From the IMG/VR virus record IMGVR_UViG_3300032301_000717: a stretch of DNA of 64,000 nt. One strand, 5' to 3'. The notes under the pieces were generated by a model. The model saw nothing but the letters and a program-made list of their open reading frames with translations. It ran no database searches and was not told the origin of the DNA. Numbering within the stretch: position 1 is the first letter of the stretch; every line of letters begins with the position of its first letter. A program made the position numbers and the translations under genes. This document shows positions 60,417-64,000 of the stretch, piece after piece. Origin of the DNA: an uncultured virus (IMG/VR IMGVR_UViG_3300032301_000717) (taxonomy: Duplodnaviria; Heunggongvirae; Uroviricota; Caudoviricetes).

Positions 60417-60950
60417 TTATAATTCCTCGTTTTTTAACAGTGCTATCAATATGCTTAAATTAATATCTTGTTGTTCTTTTTCTGCCGACTCTGCTGCCGA
60501 CCGTGCTGCCGACACTGTCGACTCTGCTGCCCACCATGCTGCCGACTCTGCTGCCCACCATGCTGTCGACTCTGCTGTCGACTCTGCTGCCAACTGTGCT
60601 GCCGACACTGCCGACTCTGCTGCCGACTGTGCTGCCGACACTGCCGACTCTTCAAGTTCTCCATTAATAACTTTTTTAGTCACTTCAATGCAATCTCTAA
60701 CTTTATTGTCATTGGGAAATTTTTTTTCAAAATTTTCAAGAGCATACTCTGCACACTCTACCGACCATTGCTGTAGAGTTTTTAAGGGTGCAACTCTAAT
60801 TGCAAGCCATGCTTTATCACTGTAGGGTATGTCATCAAGAGATAATAAATCAGATAATTTAGCATTGTAGTTTGGGTACAGTTTGTCAAAGTTGTCCATC
60901 CTATTTTTGCACGGATTAAATGTTTTTATGTACTCATTAGTTATAGTCAT
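60417..60950 (-). CDS. Phage protein with an Ala/Ser/Glu/Trp tetrapeptide repeat tract
   Basis: CAEYALENFEKKFPNDNKVRDCIE followed by AAES/AAWW repeats. Confidence 0.75.
   Translation of the reverse strand: MTITNEYIKTFNPCKNRMDNFDKLYPNYNAKLSDLLSLDDIPYSDKAWLAIRVAPLKTLQQWSVECAEYALENFEKKFPNDNKVRDCIEVTKKVINGELEESAVSAAQSAAESAVSAAQLAAESTAESTAWWAAESAAWWAAESTVSAARSAAESAEKEQQDINLSILIALLKNEEL
60481..60650 (-). repeat. GC-rich imperfect tandem repeat (12- and 9-nt units) inside the ORF
   Basis: Repeated CTGCCGACTCTG / CTGCCGACA units on the plus strand. Confidence 0.85.
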
Positions 60951-61054
60951 TCAACCTCCTAGTAAACTTCCAAAGACATTGTATCATAACTCCACCATAA
61001 ACAAAGTACACGCAATACTGTAAGCAATAGCGAACATCATCACCTCTTCAAAAC

Positions 61055-63265
61055 TCATAATTCCTCCAATAGTTCACGTTTATCTTTCTTAGTATAATCT
61101 ATAAACAAAGAAGAATCAACTACATTAGATAAAATATCTACTGTATCAACAACACGTTTGACTAATTTAGTAATACTATGATCATTTTTCCAATCATCAA
61201 TAATTTTTAATCCAGTAGTTTCAATGACCTTTTCTTTTACTTTTCCGTTTTTAAAATGCTTTATTTCTGTTGTGGTATTTAATACTGCTGGATAAACATA
61301 GATCTTATCACCTTCTTGTACTGGTTTATTTTTTACTGCGTCCCATACATCCGTCTCATTCTTACGAGCTTCCTCATCTTCGGAGCAATTTAAAATAGCT
61401 TTAGTTATTGTTTTCTTTTGCGACCATCGCTTTATATCTTTTGGATTCTTAGCTTCTTTAATATACTTATTATAAACATCAATTAAATCTTCACACTTAT
61501 CATCAATAATTAACTTCAGCATGGTCTGTAACATCTCTGACAAAGCCTTTTCTTTCTTCTGATCTTTAATACTAGAACCCTTTAACTTCATTTTTTGACC
61601 GTCATACATAACATAGTTTTTTGCTTTTAAAACTAATAAGCATTTATAGTATCCATCATCTTCAAAGCGAATTGTATTTGGATATAAAGCATTAAGTTCT
61701 TTTAATAAAGCAAGCCTATCATCATCAGTTAAATCTTTATTAGTAGTAAATGAGATTGAATCGGTATCACAATTGCTAATTATAAATCCTTTATTCTCTG
61801 CCCAGTTAACAGCTTTAGTAATAATCTCTCTACCATTTTTAGTAACTTCGGCAGCACCCTCTGGGTAGTTATAGTTTAATCCACTAGCCCCCATAAACCC
61901 GTAAGCAGAGTTAATTACAACTTTCTGTGATTGTTCTAAATCTTTATAGTATCTATCTCCAGTTTCTTTTGCTTTCTTCTTATTGCTTAATCTTTCTTTT
62001 GTAAAGTACTCTAATGTTGTTATAAAGTTATTATTAAAATCTTTAGATCTAGGACTAATATTATTTTGTAACATGATGCTAGGGTATAAGGAAGCAACGT
62101 CAACCTTAAATACATTTCTATAAATACCCGGATTACCAAAACTAATAGCTCCTTCAAATGGGATAGCTTCATCAGCTTTAGCAACCGAATAACCATCTTG
62201 CAAGTAAGATCTTACCATAAAAGCATTTAACTGTGAACCAGATGCACTCTCTGTCATAATTTGAAAAGGTTTTGGTATATGTGGGGTAAGATAAAATTTA
62301 GCTGGTATCATTAGATCAAAAAGTTTAATAGGGTCATCCGCATCTTCTTCTGCGTATTCAATAATAGCTTTACGTTTTTCTACATCATACCAGTCATCTT
62401 TAATTTTAGAAGCATCATAGTGTTGTCTTCCTTCTTTTTCTAACCCTTCAGCTTTAACGATAGCTTTCATACCATAAGATTCATATTTCCTTGCTATATC
62501 ATAATCAATAGAAACGAAGAACATATCAATAACTTCTCTGCCAAAAATATTAACTCTATTGTACGTATAACTTTGACTACCATCTTTTCTTTTTTGTCTA
62601 GACTTATCCTCGATCTCAATCTCACTATAGTCTCTACCAAGAATAAGTGATTCATTTGTTTTAGCTAACATACCTTGTAGGTAGGGTATATCAAATGCTA
62701 AAATATTAAACCCTGTAATAATTGAAGGATTAACTTCTATTACCCAATTACACCAATCTCGAATCATATCTTGTGGTGTTTGATATTCCTCTACATTAAA
62801 TGTTCGCCTAATTGTTTTACCTTGTTTGCGAAAGGCATTAGTGATCAAAAATACAGTTGCATTATTTGGTAAAGAAGATAGACCGTTAGTTTCAATATCA
62901 AAAGAAAGAATTGACACATCATTAACTTTCATGTTCTTAAAATAAGTATGTCCATTTTTAATCATGAAAGATTCAGCTTTGTGCATTATTGTATAAAGAT
63001 TATACTTGTATACATTACTTTTTACAGAAAGAAATTCATCGTAACTTTCATATTCTTTTATATATTTATAATGTTGATTTCCTTTTAATCTTATGCAACC
63101 CTTAGAATGTATTGGGGAAAGTACCCATTGTTTATATGGCTCAACCAATTCAATGATTGTTCCATTAATTTCTTGAAAAATATGAGCATTATTATTTTTA
63201 ATTGAAATATTTACTATGTTTTGTAATTCATTTTTACCATAGATAAGGTTGGTAATATTAGACAT
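61055..63265 (-). CDS. polB: Family B DNA polymerase
   Basis: Exonuclease motifs FDIET, GFNILAFD and YAEEDA; polymerase motifs DVASLYPS, KVVINSAYG and CDTDS. Confidence 0.95.
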   Translation of the reverse strand: MSNITNLIYGKNELQNIVNISIKNNNAHIFQEINGTIIELVEPYKQWVLSPIHSKGCIRLKGNQHYKYIKEYESYDEFLSVKSNVYKYNLYTIMHKAESFMIKNGHTYFKNMKVNDVSILSFDIETNGLSSLPNNATVFLITNAFRKQGKTIRRTFNVEEYQTPQDMIRDWCNWVIEVNPSIITGFNILAFDIPYLQGMLAKTNESLILGRDYSEIEIEDKSRQKRKDGSQSYTYNRVNIFGREVIDMFFVSIDYDIARKYESYGMKAIVKAEGLEKEGRQHYDASKIKDDWYDVEKRKAIIEYAEEDADDPIKLFDLMIPAKFYLTPHIPKPFQIMTESASGSQLNAFMVRSYLQDGYSVAKADEAIPFEGAISFGNPGIYRNVFKVDVASLYPSIMLQNNISPRSKDFNNNFITTLEYFTKERLSNKKKAKETGDRYYKDLEQSQKVVINSAYGFMGASGLNYNYPEGAAEVTKNGREIITKAVNWAENKGFIISNCDTDSISFTTNKDLTDDDRLALLKELNALYPNTIRFEDDGYYKCLLVLKAKNYVMYDGQKMKLKGSSIKDQKKEKALSEMLQTMLKLIIDDKCEDLIDVYNKYIKEAKNPKDIKRWSQKKTITKAILNCSEDEEARKNETDVWDAVKNKPVQEGDKIYVYPAVLNTTTEIKHFKNGKVKEKVIETTGLKIIDDWKNDHSITKLVKRVVDTVDILSNVVDSSLFIDYTKKDKRELLEEL

Positions 63266-63327
63266 TTAAACCTCGTATGTAGATGGTTAGCAACCACCTC
63301 ACAACTTAAGTATGTGACACCTAGTAT

Positions 63328-64000
63328 TTAGAACAAATCAATATCAGCTTTATCCTTTGCTGACTTTTTGGCATCTCGAAGATCTTTGAGTTCCGATCTT
63401 TCGATATCCTCAAGCTCTCTAATATTACCAGTAAGTCCGTCCCAATGCAAGTCTGCTGAAAATAATCTACCAGATCTATTCTTTACGCAGTCAATTGAAA
63501 AGAACTTATCAGTCTCGGGGGTACGAGAGCTATACCCCGGTCTATGTATTGTCAAGATCGCAGTACATGCTTGAGCAATTGTAGAAGATCCTTTAGCAGA
63601 GTTATAAGATAGCAAAGGTTCGTCAATCGTACTAGACATTTTATTTGGTTGTAAAAATACTAGTACAGCTTTGTTCATATTAATTGCTATCTCTCTTAAA
63701 CCTTGAATAACTTCCGCACTACTTTGTGTTGGGTCTGAGTATTTGGATTGTACAAGTTCCAAGTAGTCAACAACAATCAAACGGAAACTAACTCCCAACT
63801 TCTTTTCAGTATTAATAATAGTCTGTCTCATTTCCTCAATACTCTGTCCGGTTTTAAATACAAACCTAACATTCTTGTATTGATCTGATACAGTCTTTGC
63901 AACCTTGTGTTGTTCTTCTTTAGTTCCCTCTTTGTATACTTTATACAACTTATCTCTGTCTAGTTTAGTGTGCTTCTGAATTAGCTTCTGAAACACATCG
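63328..64000 (-). CDS. DnaB-like (SF4) replicative helicase, C-terminal part; 5' end lies outside the window
   Basis: LIVVDYLELV, FLQPN, KGSSTIAQ and VKNRSG motifs. Confidence 0.85.
   Translation of the reverse strand, partial: DVFQKLIQKHTKLDRDKLYKVYKEGTKEEQHKVAKTVSDQYKNVRFVFKTGQSIEEMRQTIINTEKKLGVSFRLIVVDYLELVQSKYSDPTQSSAEVIQGLREIAINMNKAVLVFLQPNKMSSTIDEPLLSYNSAKGSSTIAQACTAILTIHRPGYSSRTPETDKFFSIDCVKNRSGRLFSADLHWDGLTGNIRELEDIERSELKDLRDAKKSAKDKADIDLF

Noticed and set aside
60481..60650. Possible CRISPR array or DGR template
   Set aside because: No unique spacers, the tract is in-frame coding, and no reverse transcriptase or adenine-specific repeat pair is seen.
60373..60825. Cys-rich (60468-60776), Gln/Arg-rich (60455-60664) and Ala-rich antisense (60373-60825) ORFs
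   Set aside because: Shadow frames of the tandem repeat; the minus-strand 60417-60950 frame has a GGAGG RBS and fits the operon.
1..64000. Stop-codon reassignment, tRNA genes, or inteins in TerL, RNR or PolB
   Set aside because: Conserved genes are full length under the standard code and end in TAA, TAG or TGA; no cloverleaf was noticed by eye; protein lengths and motifs leave no room for inteins.

Overview
AT-rich 64 kb segment of a tailed dsDNA phage genome (standard genetic code; no tRNA, CRISPR array, integrase or RNA polymerase recognised). It has three blocks. (i) 1-12.6 kb, minus strand: small early ORFs, dUTPase, a spermidine synthase-like enzyme, class II ribonucleotide reductase, an AAA ATPase, an HU-like protein and an M15 peptidase. 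(ii) 13-53.3 kb, plus strand: virion module with terminase, portal, scaffold, major capsid protein, a large set of modular fibre/spike proteins, podovirus-like adaptor/nozzle and four putative ejection proteins, one with a GH108-like muramidase domain. (iii) 53.2-64 kb, minus strand: exported proteases, nucleases, dNMP kinase, family B DNA polymerase and a truncated DnaB-like helicase. The best-supported unusual feature is a complete group I intron (19713-20635) carrying a LAGLIDADG endonuclease that splits the major capsid gene after codon 15. Other candidates are a four-hairpin RNA that displays an anti-Shine-Dalgarno loop, a phage-specific AACAAAT(A/G) late-promoter-like motif, a free-standing catalytically degenerate Hint domain, a signal-peptide-bearing ClpP-like protease in a cassette of exported proteins, a shared [KR]FKx[LV]xxx[LI] motif in proteins of the virion module, and a PhaR-like regulator. 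All functional calls come from motif recognition by eye; no searches were run.
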